DNA of 39,178 nt from Gemmatimonadaceae bacterium. Lineage in GTDB: Bacteria > Gemmatimonadota > Gemmatimonadetes > Gemmatimonadales > Gemmatimonadaceae. Shown here piece by piece: positions 1 to 9,242 of this stretch. The stretch spans positions 1 to 39,178 of the forward strand of contig JANRJP010000088.1 of NCBI GenBank assembly GCA_033763905.1, given 5' to 3'. Both the position numbers and the translations under genes were made by a program. The notes below the pieces were generated by a model. It did no database searches. It was given only the letters and a program-made list of their open reading frames with translations, and had not been told where the DNA came from. Position 1 is the stretch's first letter. Each line of letters starts with the position of its first letter.

Positions 1-192
1 TACTGCGGTCCAAAGGAGAGAGCAAGAGCAGTGCCCGTGACCGACTGTGGCCCCAGCGCGTCAATTCGGGCCCCAAGTAACGGATCCTGTGGCAGAATTG
101 ACCCCTAGGTGTGGCTTGACGGCAACAGTCAGACCGGCGACCCTTCTTCTGATGAATCCGCGCCTGCTGCCGACGATGACAGGGTGCTGTCA

Positions 193-1713
193 ATGAGTGA
201 GATCACTGCCCCCGCTAGCGCGAGCGCCGGCGCGAGCAAATTGGCCAGTGAGATTGATCCTGAAGTCCGAGCGGGACTGCGGGTATTGATCATCGAGGAC
301 GATCGTACCCTTCGCGAAGGGTGTCGTTCGGTCTTGGCGCACGACGGCTACAACGTGACGGCGACCGGGAATGGGGACGAGGCGATGAAGCTCGTCCAGT
401 CCCGGAAGTGGGACGTCGTCCTGTGTGACCTCTACATGACGCCGGTCACCGGGATGGACATCCTGCAGGCCGCGTTGGCGTACCACCCGGACACCCTGTT
501 CGTGATCATGACGGGGAATCCGAGCGTGTCGTCGAGCCTCGAGGCGCTGCGGGCCGGCGCGTGGGATTACATCCCCAAGCCGTTCAACGCGTCGCACCTC
601 CAGATCATGCTCGGCCGCGCGGCCAACGCGACCGTCGTTGGTCGCGCCACGCGTCGCCTGCGGTCGGATGCCGGCCCGGTCGATACCGACCCCGAGTTCG
701 TCCTGCTGGGCGAGTCCAAGCCGTTCCGCAAACTGATGGAACTCGTCCGCCGCGTCGCGATGACCGACGCCAGCGTGATGATCACGGGCGAAAGCGGCAC
801 GGGCAAGGAAATGGTGGCGCAGTTTCTCCATCGTCACTCGCGTCGCGCCAGCCGTCCGATGGTGCCGGTCAACTGCGCGGCGCTCCCGGAACCGCTGCTC
901 GAGTCCGAGCTCTTCGGCCACAAGCGTGGGGCCTTCACCGGCGCCGATCGCGACAAGCCGGGTCTGATCGAGATCGCCAATGGCGGCACCTTCTTCCTCG
1001 ATGAACTGACCGAGGCGCCGCTGTCGATTCAGGCCAAGCTGCTCCGCGTCATTCAGGATGGCGTGGTCCGGCGCGTCGGCTCGGAAACGCAGGACGCGAT
1101 CGTGGACGTCCGCTTTGTCTCCGCGACGAACCGCGACCCGGTCGAGGCGGTCGCGCGGCAGCAGTTGCGCGAAGATCTCTTCTTCCGCCTGCGCGTCGTG
1201 CCGGTCACCTTGCCGCCGTTGCGCGAGCGGCCCGAGGACATCCCGATTCTCGCGCGGCACTTCCTGGCGCAGTACTGGACCCGGCACCGCAACCCGGAAG
1301 ATCCCGCGCCCGTGCTCGGCGATTCGACGCTGGATTTCCTGTGTTCGCTCGCGTGGCGCGGCAACGTGCGCGAATTGCAGAATGCGATGGAGCATCTCGC
1401 CGTGCTCGCGGAGCCCGGCGCGACGCTCGCCCCAGAGGATCTGCCGGTCGATCATCAGGCGCGGCCGGCTCGCACGTCCGGCAGTGTCTTCCCGCCGGAG
1501 TTCCTGCGGCTCGACTTCCACGCGGCGAAGGACGCGGTGATTGCGCAGTTCGAGAAGGCCTACCTCAATCACCTCGTCACCAGCTCGAACGCGAATATGT
1601 CCAAGGCCGCGCGCGCCGCGCGCATCGACCGGACGACCTTGTATCGGTTGATGGACAAGCACGGGATGCGGCGGGAGCTCAACGCCGGCCTTGAGGGCGA
1701 GGGCGAGGAGTAA
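193..1713 (+). CDS. Sigma-54-dependent response regulator (NtrC/AtoC family; REC-AAA+-Fis HTH)
   Basis: REC motifs LIIEDD, VLCDLYM and KPF; Walker A GESGTGKE; GAFTGA loop; Walker B FFLDE; WRGNVRELQN; C-terminal HTH NMSKAARAARIDRTTLYR. ATG 193 preferred over GTG 109; start uncertain. Confidence 0.95.
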   Translation: MSEITAPASASAGASKLASEIDPEVRAGLRVLIIEDDRTLREGCRSVLAHDGYNVTATGNGDEAMKLVQSRKWDVVLCDLYMTPVTGMDILQAALAYHPDTLFVIMTGNPSVSSSLEALRAGAWDYIPKPFNASHLQIMLGRAANATVVGRATRRLRSDAGPVDTDPEFVLLGESKPFRKLMELVRRVAMTDASVMITGESGTGKEMVAQFLHRHSRRASRPMVPVNCAALPEPLLESELFGHKRGAFTGADRDKPGLIEIANGGTFFLDELTEAPLSIQAKLLRVIQDGVVRRVGSETQDAIVDVRFVSATNRDPVEAVARQQLREDLFFRLRVVPVTLPPLRERPEDIPILARHFLAQYWTRHRNPEDPAPVLGDSTLDFLCSLAWRGNVRELQNAMEHLAVLAEPGATLAPEDLPVDHQARPARTSGSVFPPEFLRLDFHAAKDAVIAQFEKAYLNHLVTSSNANMSKAARAARIDRTTLYRLMDKHGMRRELNAGLEGEGEE

Positions 1714-2846
1714 TGCCCACGCCGTTGTCGGCGCGAGCCGGGCGCGCGACCGCCTCGCGTCCGCGGTCCAAGGGCGCGGCGGCTGATGCGCCCCACGCCT
1801 CGCTTGCGGCCTCGCTCGAGGCGGCGGCCCGCGGGGTCGCGGAGGCCTGGGTCGACACCTCGAGCGACTTGATGTCGCGCGAGCAGGTTCGCGACTCGGC
1901 GACGGCCATCGCCGAGCAGGTGCTCGCGGCGTTCAGCGGCACTGCCGTCAGCGTTGTGGGGCTGTCACCGGGCGTCAGCGCGTATCGGCTGACGTCGAGG
2001 CTGCGCCGCGCGTGGGTGCAGCAGCAGGTGGCGGCGGGCGATGCGGCACACGACGGGCAGGACGCCCTGCGCGTGATGCGCGCCTTCGACGCGGTCGATC
2101 AGGCGATCGAGGACGACGCGGCGCAGCGGTTTGCGTTCCGGCTGTCGGGCGCCGATTCGGCGAAGCTGGTCGTGGAGCTCGCGCACGATATGCGCTCGGC
2201 GATGGGGTCGATTCTGTTCCTCGCCGAGACGATCCGTGGCGGCAGCTCGGGACCGGTCACGGTGACGCAGCAGCGCCAGCTCGGGCTCATTTACAGCGCG
2301 GCGCTGGGGCTCAATAGCATTGTCAACGACGTGATGGACTTGGCACGCGGAACGGCGCGAATGCTCGAGCCGAATCCCGTGCCCTTCCAACCGTCGGAAG
2401 TCGTCAGTGCGGTGCTGGCGGTCGTCCGTCCGACGGCGGAAGAGAAGGAGCTCGCGCTCGAAACGTCGGTGGCGGACATCGGCACGCGCATGGGGCATCC
2501 GGCGGCGCTGAATCGGGTGTTGCTCAACCTGGTGACCAACGCGCTCAAGTTCACCGAGGTCGGCACGGTGCACATTGCGGTGGAGCGGGGGCCGGGGACC
2601 GCCGTCATCGTGCGCGTCACCGACACCGGCCGCGGGATGCCACCCGAGACGGTCAAGACGCTGTTCGAGGCATTCCGCGCGCGTGCGGGCTCGGGCGGTG
2701 AGTACTTCTCCGAAGCTGGCCTAGGGCTTGCAATGTGCCAGACATTGCTGAACAAGATGGGCAGTCAGCTGGAGGTCGAATCCCGCGAAGCGCGAGGTAC
2801 CACCTTCAGTTTCTCCCTCAGCCTTCCCTACGCGAAGCTTTTGTAA
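1713..2846 (+). CDS. Cytoplasmic sensor histidine kinase (HisKA + HATPase_c)
   Basis: H-box ELAHDMRS, N-box NLVTNALKFT, G1 DTGRGM, G2 GLGLAM; no obvious TM segment; TAATG stop/start overlap with the regulator. Confidence 0.92.
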   Translation: MPTPLSARAGRATASRPRSKGAAADAPHASLAASLEAAARGVAEAWVDTSSDLMSREQVRDSATAIAEQVLAAFSGTAVSVVGLSPGVSAYRLTSRLRRAWVQQQVAAGDAAHDGQDALRVMRAFDAVDQAIEDDAAQRFAFRLSGADSAKLVVELAHDMRSAMGSILFLAETIRGGSSGPVTVTQQRQLGLIYSAALGLNSIVNDVMDLARGTARMLEPNPVPFQPSEVVSAVLAVVRPTAEEKELALETSVADIGTRMGHPAALNRVLLNLVTNALKFTEVGTVHIAVERGPGTAVIVRVTDTGRGMPPETVKTLFEAFRARAGSGGEYFSEAGLGLAMCQTLLNKMGSQLEVESREARGTTFSFSLSLPYAKLL

Positions 2847-2852
2847 GTGGCG

Positions 2853-3923
2853 ATGCTCAATCGGGTGTCACAATCGCACGAGTGGCGGCGTGCCGTCGTG
2901 GTCGCGGCCGCGCTGCTGCTTGGCGCCTGCGCGGCCGACGAGACGGAAGCGCCGGATGTGGCCGATCGCGTCGCCTTCCGAATCGTCCCGTCGACGGTCG
3001 TTGCGGGCGAGACCTTCACGCCGGAAGTGCAGGTCGTCCTGTTGCGGGCCGATGGCTCGGTGGCGACCGGTGTCTCGGCCGATGTCGCGCTCAGCGCGCG
3101 GTCGGCTACCGGGCCCGACACGCTCCGCGGCACGACGGTGGTGGAAGCCACTGCGGGCGTGGCGACGTTTCCGGGGCTGAGTCTCGTTCGGGCTGGTGGC
3201 GGGGTGCGCTTGTTCGCCGAGTCTCCCGGGCTCACCGGGGCCGAGTCGGCGCCGATCACGATTCAACCCGGACGGGCGACCGCTCTGGTGTTCGTCGCAC
3301 AGCCGGACAGCGGCGTCGCCGGTGCGCCACTCGCGACCGTGCGCGTCGAAGCGCGCGATGTCGGCGGCAATCGGGCCACGGGCACCGCGGGGCCGGTCAC
3401 CCTGACGCTCGCGACCGGGCCGGCAGGGGCCACGCTGGCCGGCACGGTGACGACCGATATGGTTGCCGGCCAAGCCGTCTTCACCGGCGTTGCACTCCCT
3501 CGCGCGGGATCGGGCTACACGTTGCAGGCGTCGCTGGTGGGTTCCGCGGCGACCGCGGCGATCTCGCGGACCTTCGCGGTACGCGCGGGTGCCGCGTCGC
3601 AACTCGCGTTTCTGGTGGAGCCGTCCACGGCGGTCGCGGGTCAGGCGATTGTGCCCGCACCGCAGGTCGTGGTGCTCGACGCCAACGGCAACCGGGTCAA
3701 CAGCGCGACTCCCGACGTGACGCTCTCGGTGGCCTTGGCCCCGGCGACGTTCACGCTGGGCGGAACGCTGACATCGACGGCCGTCGCCGGTGTGGCCACC
3801 TTCGCCGACGTGCGACCGGGGCAAGCGGCGGGTACCGTGCGACTCACCGCCGCCGCGCCGGGGCTGCAGTCGGCCACGAGCGTGATCTTCACCGTCGGCA
3901 CCGCCGTGCTGGGGGCGCCGTGA
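2853..3923 (+). CDS. Lipoprotein with about three Ig-like (Big/invasin-type) repeats
   Basis: Lipobox LLGAC; repeated units ending AGVATF/AGQAVF/AGVATF; LVFVAQP/LAFLVEP and DVGGN/DANGN motifs; Thr/Val/Ala-rich. Confidence 0.75.
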   Translation: MLNRVSQSHEWRRAVVVAAALLLGACAADETEAPDVADRVAFRIVPSTVVAGETFTPEVQVVLLRADGSVATGVSADVALSARSATGPDTLRGTTVVEATAGVATFPGLSLVRAGGGVRLFAESPGLTGAESAPITIQPGRATALVFVAQPDSGVAGAPLATVRVEARDVGGNRATGTAGPVTLTLATGPAGATLAGTVTTDMVAGQAVFTGVALPRAGSGYTLQASLVGSAATAAISRTFAVRAGAASQLAFLVEPSTAVAGQAIVPAPQVVVLDANGNRVNSATPDVTLSVALAPATFTLGGTLTSTAVAGVATFADVRPGQAAGTVRLTAAAPGLQSATSVIFTVGTAVLGAP

Positions 3924-5017
3924 TGCGCCGTCCGGCACTCGTGGCTGCGTGGGTTTTCGCCACGCTGCTGGCCGCACCCGCGGCGGCGCAGACGGACGAG
4001 CTCTCGCGGCTGGTCCAGCGCTACCGGGCCGGCGACGCCGAGGCTGCCGTGCAGGGGCTGCAGGCATTGCTCCGCACCACCGCGTCGGTCGACCAGCGGC
4101 CGCTGATCGAGCAGCACATCGGGTTCGCGTTGCTGAGACTGCGTCCGCCCGAAGCCACACCGTATCTGCGTCGGAGCATTGCGGCCGCGCCGGAGTTGGC
4201 GGTGGATCCCGGGGCGAGCGTGGCGGAGCGCGCCGCGTGGACCGCGCAGCGCGAGCTGTTGCCGATCCCGTCGGAACTGCGCTTCGATGTGGCCGATCTC
4301 GTGGTGGGCAACACGGACTCCTTGGTGTCGACGCTGACCGTGCCGGCGGCACGTGGGCGGGCGTCGTTCCGCGTCCGTGTGCGGACGGCCATTCCGGGCA
4401 GTCGCGACTCGGTGCAGTTGTGGAGTGGTCGCAGTGGAGCACCAATGACGTGGGACGGGCAAATCGGTGGCGCCCTCGTGGCGGAGGGACCCTTGCCGGT
4501 GGTCGTCGATGTGATCGACGATCTGGGGGGCATCACCGTGAACTGGCGTCGCACGCTCGCCGTACGCTACGAGCCGGTGACCACACCGCTGGCGCTCCCC
4601 GCGCGGCCGCAGCAGGCGCAGACCTTTGCGCGGGTCACAGTCGACAACCTCGATGCCGCCGCGCGCGCGCGCCGCAACGGCATTCGTTGGATGCTCGGCG
4701 GGTCGTTGCTCGCGCTGACGTCGGCGGCGCTGGTGCAACCCGCCGTTGATCTCACGGCCGCAGGGGCGGCCCCGCGATATGTCGTCGCGACCAGCTATCT
4801 GACTGGCTTGGGCCTCGCTGCCATTGGCACCGTGCGGTTTCTGTCGGTGAAGACGGCGGATACGGTGCTGACGATGCCCGACGAAGTGGCCGTGCGTCGC
4901 AATCGCGCCGCACTGGCGCGGTGGCAGACCGACTCGGCACGCGTGGCTCGGATCAACGCCGCGTTGTCGACGGCCCGCCGCGTCCGTGTGCAGGTCCTCG
5001 AGGAGACTCGGCGATGA
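3923..5017 (+). CDS. Secreted or membrane hypothetical protein (signal peptide, TPR-like N-terminus, two C-terminal hydrophobic segments)
   Basis: TGATG overlap with upstream gene; signal MRRPALVAAWVFATLLAAPAAA-Q; same frame as track ORF 2735..5017. Confidence 0.7.
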   Translation: MRRPALVAAWVFATLLAAPAAAQTDELSRLVQRYRAGDAEAAVQGLQALLRTTASVDQRPLIEQHIGFALLRLRPPEATPYLRRSIAAAPELAVDPGASVAERAAWTAQRELLPIPSELRFDVADLVVGNTDSLVSTLTVPAARGRASFRVRVRTAIPGSRDSVQLWSGRSGAPMTWDGQIGGALVAEGPLPVVVDVIDDLGGITVNWRRTLAVRYEPVTTPLALPARPQQAQTFARVTVDNLDAAARARRNGIRWMLGGSLLALTSAALVQPAVDLTAAGAAPRYVVATSYLTGLGLAAIGTVRFLSVKTADTVLTMPDEVAVRRNRAALARWQTDSARVARINAALSTARRVRVQVLEETRR

Positions 5018-5364
5018 GCCCGCGTCTCCGCCTGCTCACCGTGTTGCTGCTGGCGAGCGCCGGCCTCGGCTGCGATCCCACGAAGCCGCTCCGGGTGATC
5101 GACGATCCGCGCCCGATTCGGCGCGTGGTCGTGCGGCCGGACACGATCGTCGCGGCCGTCGGCGACACCGTGCAGTACGACGCCGCGGCCTTGGCCGCCG
5201 GCGACCGGGAAGCGAGCGAGTTCACCGCGACCTGGACGGTCGGCAACCCCGGGGCGGCGCGCGCGGTTGGTGCGGGTCGTGTGGTCGCGACGGGCGTAGG
5301 GACGAGCGAGATTTTCGCGACGATCCGCGGCCTGCGCGGCCGCGCGGTGCTGGTCGTCCGGTAA
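5014..5364 (+). CDS. Small lipoprotein with an Ig-like (Big_2-type) domain
   Basis: ATGA overlap; lipobox GLGC; VGDTVQ...TW...G.V.A.G.G...I.AT pattern. Confidence 0.75.
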   Translation: MSPRLRLLTVLLLASAGLGCDPTKPLRVIDDPRPIRRVVVRPDTIVAAVGDTVQYDAAALAAGDREASEFTATWTVGNPGAARAVGAGRVVATGVGTSEIFATIRGLRGRAVLVVR

Positions 5365-5391
5365 GCGGCCGCGCGCCTCAGGCGATCGGGG

Positions 5392-6186
5392 TCAGCCCCC
5401 GGTGGCCAGCAGCGCCGAGATCGTGACGACACCCTGCAGCAGAATCGCCACGACGCCGATCACGAAGTTCCGGTCAACAGGAGGCGCGAGCTTGCGCACC
5501 AGCAGGTGATCGCCGCCGCGCACCCCGAGACTGCCAAGCGACATCTGCGTCTGGATCGCTGCGACCATTTCGGTGCGCGACCACAGATCCTTGCCGCCGT
5601 GCTGGACACTCATCCCCTGCGGATCGGCGTCGGTCATCGGGCCGCCCGCCACCATCACCGCTTCGCTGATCGACGAGGTCGCCGAGATCCAGTAGAACCC
5701 GGGACGCATCACCGAGCCCAGCACACCGATCGACACGAGCGGCGTCGCCGAGACGCGCGCATTGCGTACGTAGCGGTCGAGCTGGTCCTGCATATACTGC
5801 TCGAGCTCCGAGCGCAGGATGCCGCGGAGCGAAATGTCGGGCACGCCAGGAATCTGCGCCGAATACTGGCTCGACACCGTGATCGTGTCGGCCCGGACCG
5901 ATTCGGTGCTCACGCGCACCAGAATGCGATCGCCGGGTTGGAAGTCACCTTCCTTGAGGCGACGGCGTTCGTCGGCCACGATCGCCTGCAACCGTCCGCG
6001 CTGGCGCGGGTTCGCCTTGGTCGCCGCGGCCTCGATCGAATCCACCGTCGCCTGCAACTCGGCACGGGTCGCGAGTGCTCGCGCGGCGACAGCCCGAAGG
6101 TCGGTGTACTGCGCCGTCGCGCGCGACAGCGGCAAGGCGCCGAGCAGCAGCAGCAGGCGAAGTGAGCGTCGCATCAGACGAGACAT
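5392..6186 (-). CDS. SLBB-domain polysaccharide export-type protein (Wza/KpsD-like)
   Basis: Signal peptide; FQPGDRILV; GVLGSVMRPGFY and AVMVAGG SLBB motifs; C-terminal hydrophobic helix. Confidence 0.8.
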   Translation of the reverse strand: MSRLMRRSLRLLLLLGALPLSRATAQYTDLRAVAARALATRAELQATVDSIEAAATKANPRQRGRLQAIVADERRRLKEGDFQPGDRILVRVSTESVRADTITVSSQYSAQIPGVPDISLRGILRSELEQYMQDQLDRYVRNARVSATPLVSIGVLGSVMRPGFYWISATSSISEAVMVAGGPMTDADPQGMSVQHGGKDLWSRTEMVAAIQTQMSLGSLGVRGGDHLLVRKLAPPVDRNFVIGVVAILLQGVVTISALLATGG

Positions 6187-6208
6187 AGCACGATTAAAGA
6201 GGATTCGA

Positions 6209-6224
6209 GGACCGCACGCGGTCC
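6209..6224 (-). terminator. GC hairpin downstream of yggT
   Basis: GGACCGC-AC-GCGGTCC inverted repeat; weak U-tract. Confidence 0.35.
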
Positions 6225-6231
6225 CGCAGGC

Positions 6232-6816
6232 TTACCCACGCATCACGAACGACTGCACCAGCGACAGCAGGAAGTACGCGACCATCGGACTGAGATCGAA
6301 CATCCCGAACGGCGGCAGGATGCTGCGGATCGGCACCAGCAACCACTCCGTGGCCGCGTAGGCCCAGCGGGCCCAGCGGCTGTAGGGCGAGACCCCGACC
6401 CAGGTCGAGATCACACGCCACAGCAGAGCGATGTTCAGGAAGCCGAAGGTCAGGCCCAGTGCCAGCATCAGCAGTCCGGACGGACCCTGCTCCAGCCGAT
6501 ACAGCGCCACCGCCAGCTGTCCGCGGACAAAGCCAAGCAGCGTCAACACCAGGATGCCGCCCACGACGACCGCGGCAAGCGTCCACCACGGAGCCGACTG
6601 CGGATTCCCTCCCGCACGGACGAGCCGACGTTCGGTCGGCACGAACAGCGGCGTCACCTTCGAGCGCACGAAGCGTGCCACTGGACTGAACGGGGGAACC
6701 CGTCGCGTCCGGACCAGCCAATCGAGGCCCGCCAGCACGGCCGTCGCGGCCGCGAGACCGAAGAAGGCGACGCGGAGCAGGTCGATCGTGATCGTCAGGG
6801 CTTGGAGCAGGAGCAT
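6232..6816 (-). CDS. yggT: YggT family membrane protein (two repeats)
   Basis: ATEWLLVPIRSILPPFGMFDLSPMVA is the typical YggT motif; start at ATG 6816 inferred. Confidence 0.85.
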   Translation of the reverse strand: MLLLQALTITIDLLRVAFFGLAAATAVLAGLDWLVRTRRVPPFSPVARFVRSKVTPLFVPTERRLVRAGGNPQSAPWWTLAAVVVGGILVLTLLGFVRGQLAVALYRLEQGPSGLLMLALGLTFGFLNIALLWRVISTWVGVSPYSRWARWAYAATEWLLVPIRSILPPFGMFDLSPMVAYFLLSLVQSFVMRG

Positions 6817-6932
6817 AGGAGGAATTCTCGCCAGATCGGAGCAGAAATGCACCTCCGTCCGACTTTACGAGACGCGCGGCTGGAGGGAGTATTGTGGAGC
6901 ATCGTACCCCACCCCCGAGCTGTGGAGCCGTG

Positions 6933-8225
6933 ATGTCGACCCGTCGTTCCTTCCTCTCGCGCCTTGCCGTCGCCGCGTCGGTGGCACCCGTCCTCAACGC
7001 CGGGGCCGTCCGTAGGCTGCTGGCGGCGGAGCAGATCGCCGGCACGCGGAGCGCCCTCGGGCTCGCGGACGACGAGGACTATTGGGGCGAGATCCAGCGC
7101 GCCTTCGACGCCGATCACACGGTGATCAATCTGAACAACGGCGGCGTGAGTCCGGCACCGACCCACGTCCTCGATGCGATGATTCGCGACCTCCGCTTCT
7201 CGAACGAGATGCCGGTGGAGCACATGTGGGGCATTCTCGAACCCCGCATCGAAACCGTACGGCGCGACCTCGCGAATGATTTCGGCTGCGATCCGGAAGA
7301 GCTCGCCCTGACGCGCAACGCCAGCGAAGCGAACGAGACAATGATCTTCGGGCTCGATCTGTCGCCGGGAGATGAAGTGATCGTCTCGACACAGAACTAC
7401 GGGCGGATGCTCACGACGTGGGAGCAGCGTGAGCGTCGGCACGGCATCGTGATTCGTCGCGTCACGATTCCCCCGAAGGCCAGCGACGCCGAGATCGTCG
7501 CGCGGTTCAAGGCCGCCGTCACGCCACGGACCAAGGCGATCGAAGTGATGCACATCTCGTATCTCACCGGCCAGATCTGGCCGGTGCAGGCGCTCGTCGC
7601 GATGGGACGTGCGCAGGGCATTCCGGTGTTCGTCGATGGGGCCCACGCGTATGCGCACTTCCCCTTCACTCGGGATTCGCTCGGCGCCGACTACTACGGC
7701 ACGTCGCTGCACAAGTGGCTGCACGCGCCGATCGGGACTGGGTTCCTGTACGTCCGTCGCGATCGGATTCCGGGGCTTTGGCCCCTGATGGCGGCCGACA
7801 AGTCCCAGACCGCGAACATCCGGAAGTTCGAGGAAGTGGGCACGCACCCCGCGGCCAATCACAATGCGATCGGGCTGGCGCTGGCATTTCACCGGAGTAT
7901 CGGGGCAGAACGCAAGTGGCGCCGCCTGCGCTGGCTGACCCAGCGATGGGCCGCGCCGCTTCGGGCGCAGGGCGATCGTGTCATCGTGCACACGCCGCTG
8001 GACGACGAACGGTCCGGCGCGATCGCGTTGGTGCAGCTCGCTGGCGTCGATACGGGCAAGTTGCGCGAATGGCTGTGGCGCGAGCGGCGCATCTTCACCG
8101 TGCTGATCAAGCATCAGGATTTCGAAGGGCTCCGCGTCACGCCGTCGGTGTACACCACGCGTGACGATGTCGACCGATTCGCCGAGGCGATGACGCAGGC
8201 GCTCCGGAAGGGTCTGCCCGCCTAG
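6933..8225 (+). CDS. Tat-exported class V PLP aminotransferase (isopenicillin-N epimerase/cysteine desulfurase-like)
   Basis: STRRSFL twin-arginine motif; NLNNGG, TRNASEA, VDGAH and SLHKW (PLP lysine). Confidence 0.88.
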   Translation: MSTRRSFLSRLAVAASVAPVLNAGAVRRLLAAEQIAGTRSALGLADDEDYWGEIQRAFDADHTVINLNNGGVSPAPTHVLDAMIRDLRFSNEMPVEHMWGILEPRIETVRRDLANDFGCDPEELALTRNASEANETMIFGLDLSPGDEVIVSTQNYGRMLTTWEQRERRHGIVIRRVTIPPKASDAEIVARFKAAVTPRTKAIEVMHISYLTGQIWPVQALVAMGRAQGIPVFVDGAHAYAHFPFTRDSLGADYYGTSLHKWLHAPIGTGFLYVRRDRIPGLWPLMAADKSQTANIRKFEEVGTHPAANHNAIGLALAFHRSIGAERKWRRLRWLTQRWAAPLRAQGDRVIVHTPLDDERSGAIALVQLAGVDTGKLREWLWRERRIFTVLIKHQDFEGLRVTPSVYTTRDDVDRFAEAMTQALRKGLPA

Positions 8226-8253
8226 TGACTCGGGTTCGCGCCGTCGCACGGCG

Positions 8254-8269
8254 CGGCACGGGGATTGCA
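8254..8269 (+). promoter_or_regulatory. Putative sigma-54 -24/-12 promoter
   Basis: CGGCACG-GGGA-TTGCA versus consensus TGGCACG-N4-TTGCW; intergenic, upstream of the glycan operon. Confidence 0.6.
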
Positions 8270-8283
8270 ACTCTCGTGGACTG

Positions 8284-9237
8284 ATGCTCACGATCGCTGC
8301 CGTCATTCCCTGCCGAAACGCGGCGGCCTGGATCGAAGAAACCATCGCGTCCGTCCGCAGTCAAACCCGCCCCGTCGCCGAGCTGATCGTCTCTGACGAC
8401 GGCTCCACCGACGATTCCGCCACGCGTGCGGCCGCCGCCGGTGCGGTGGTGGTCCGACCGTTGCGCGGTGGCAACGCATCCCGCGCGCGCAACGCGGGTT
8501 GGCGCGCCTCGGGGAGTGAACTGATCGCCTTTCTCGACGCCGATGATCGCTGGGCGCCCGAGCATCTCGCGGTCGTCGCCGGCGTGTTCGAGCGCCACCC
8601 GGAGGTCGTGCTGGCCTTCGGACAGGCGGAGCGCTTCGGCCTGCAAACGGGGCGCTTCAACTGCGAGTTGCCGCTCGGCGTCGTTACCGATGCGCGCGCG
8701 GCCGCGGCCATTCTCTGCACGATTCCGCAGTCCGCAGTCATCGTGCGTCGCTCGGCCTTGGAGCGCGTCGGCGGCTATGACGACGAAGTGAGCACTGCCG
8801 AGGACTACGACTTCTTCGGGCGTGTGGCGCATTGCGGCCCGTTCTTCGCCTGCCCCGAGGTTACGACCTACTACCGGCAGCATCAGGGGCAGGACACGCG
8901 GCGCCGAAGGCTGGCCTTCATTTTCGCCACGATCGAGATTCGTGAGCGGCATCTCCGCGCCCTTGAGAGCCAATTGCCTGCCGACGAGTTGCACGCGCTG
9001 GAACGTCGGGCGGCGGGCTACTGGGCCGAGGTGCTCGACGGGGCCTGGCGCTATGCCACGCGTGCGGAGTTCGACCGCCTGCTCGTCGCCGGAATGCGGT
9101 TCCCGGAAATGGAGCCCGAAGTGCGTCGATGGCGTACGCGGGCACGCTGGCAATGGACGGCGTGGCACATCGCGGCCGGCACGTGGCGCTTCCTCCGTCT
9201 GCGGCGCGTGCTCAACGCGCTGACGCGCCGCAACTGA
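8284..9237 (+). CDS. Glycosyltransferase family 2
   Basis: VIPCRN, DDGSTD, ARNAG, FLDADD and EDYD motifs. Confidence 0.93.
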   Translation: MLTIAAVIPCRNAAAWIEETIASVRSQTRPVAELIVSDDGSTDDSATRAAAAGAVVVRPLRGGNASRARNAGWRASGSELIAFLDADDRWAPEHLAVVAGVFERHPEVVLAFGQAERFGLQTGRFNCELPLGVVTDARAAAAILCTIPQSAVIVRRSALERVGGYDDEVSTAEDYDFFGRVAHCGPFFACPEVTTYYRQHQGQDTRRRRLAFIFATIEIRERHLRALESQLPADELHALERRAAGYWAEVLDGAWRYATRAEFDRLLVAGMRFPEMEPEVRRWRTRARWQWTAWHIAAGTWRFLRLRRVLNALTRRN

Positions 9238-9242
9238 TTGCG

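Noticed and set aside
190..1662. Long antisense ORFs (also 2868-4445, 6795-8345, 13926-15353, 15378-17132, 20901-22310, 29177-30622)
   Set aside because: Shadows of well-supported genes in high-GC DNA; Arg-rich with no motifs.
2735..3922. N-terminal extension of the 760-aa track ORF
   Set aside because: Overlaps the Ig-like lipoprotein in another frame; a signal peptide starts at ATG 3923.
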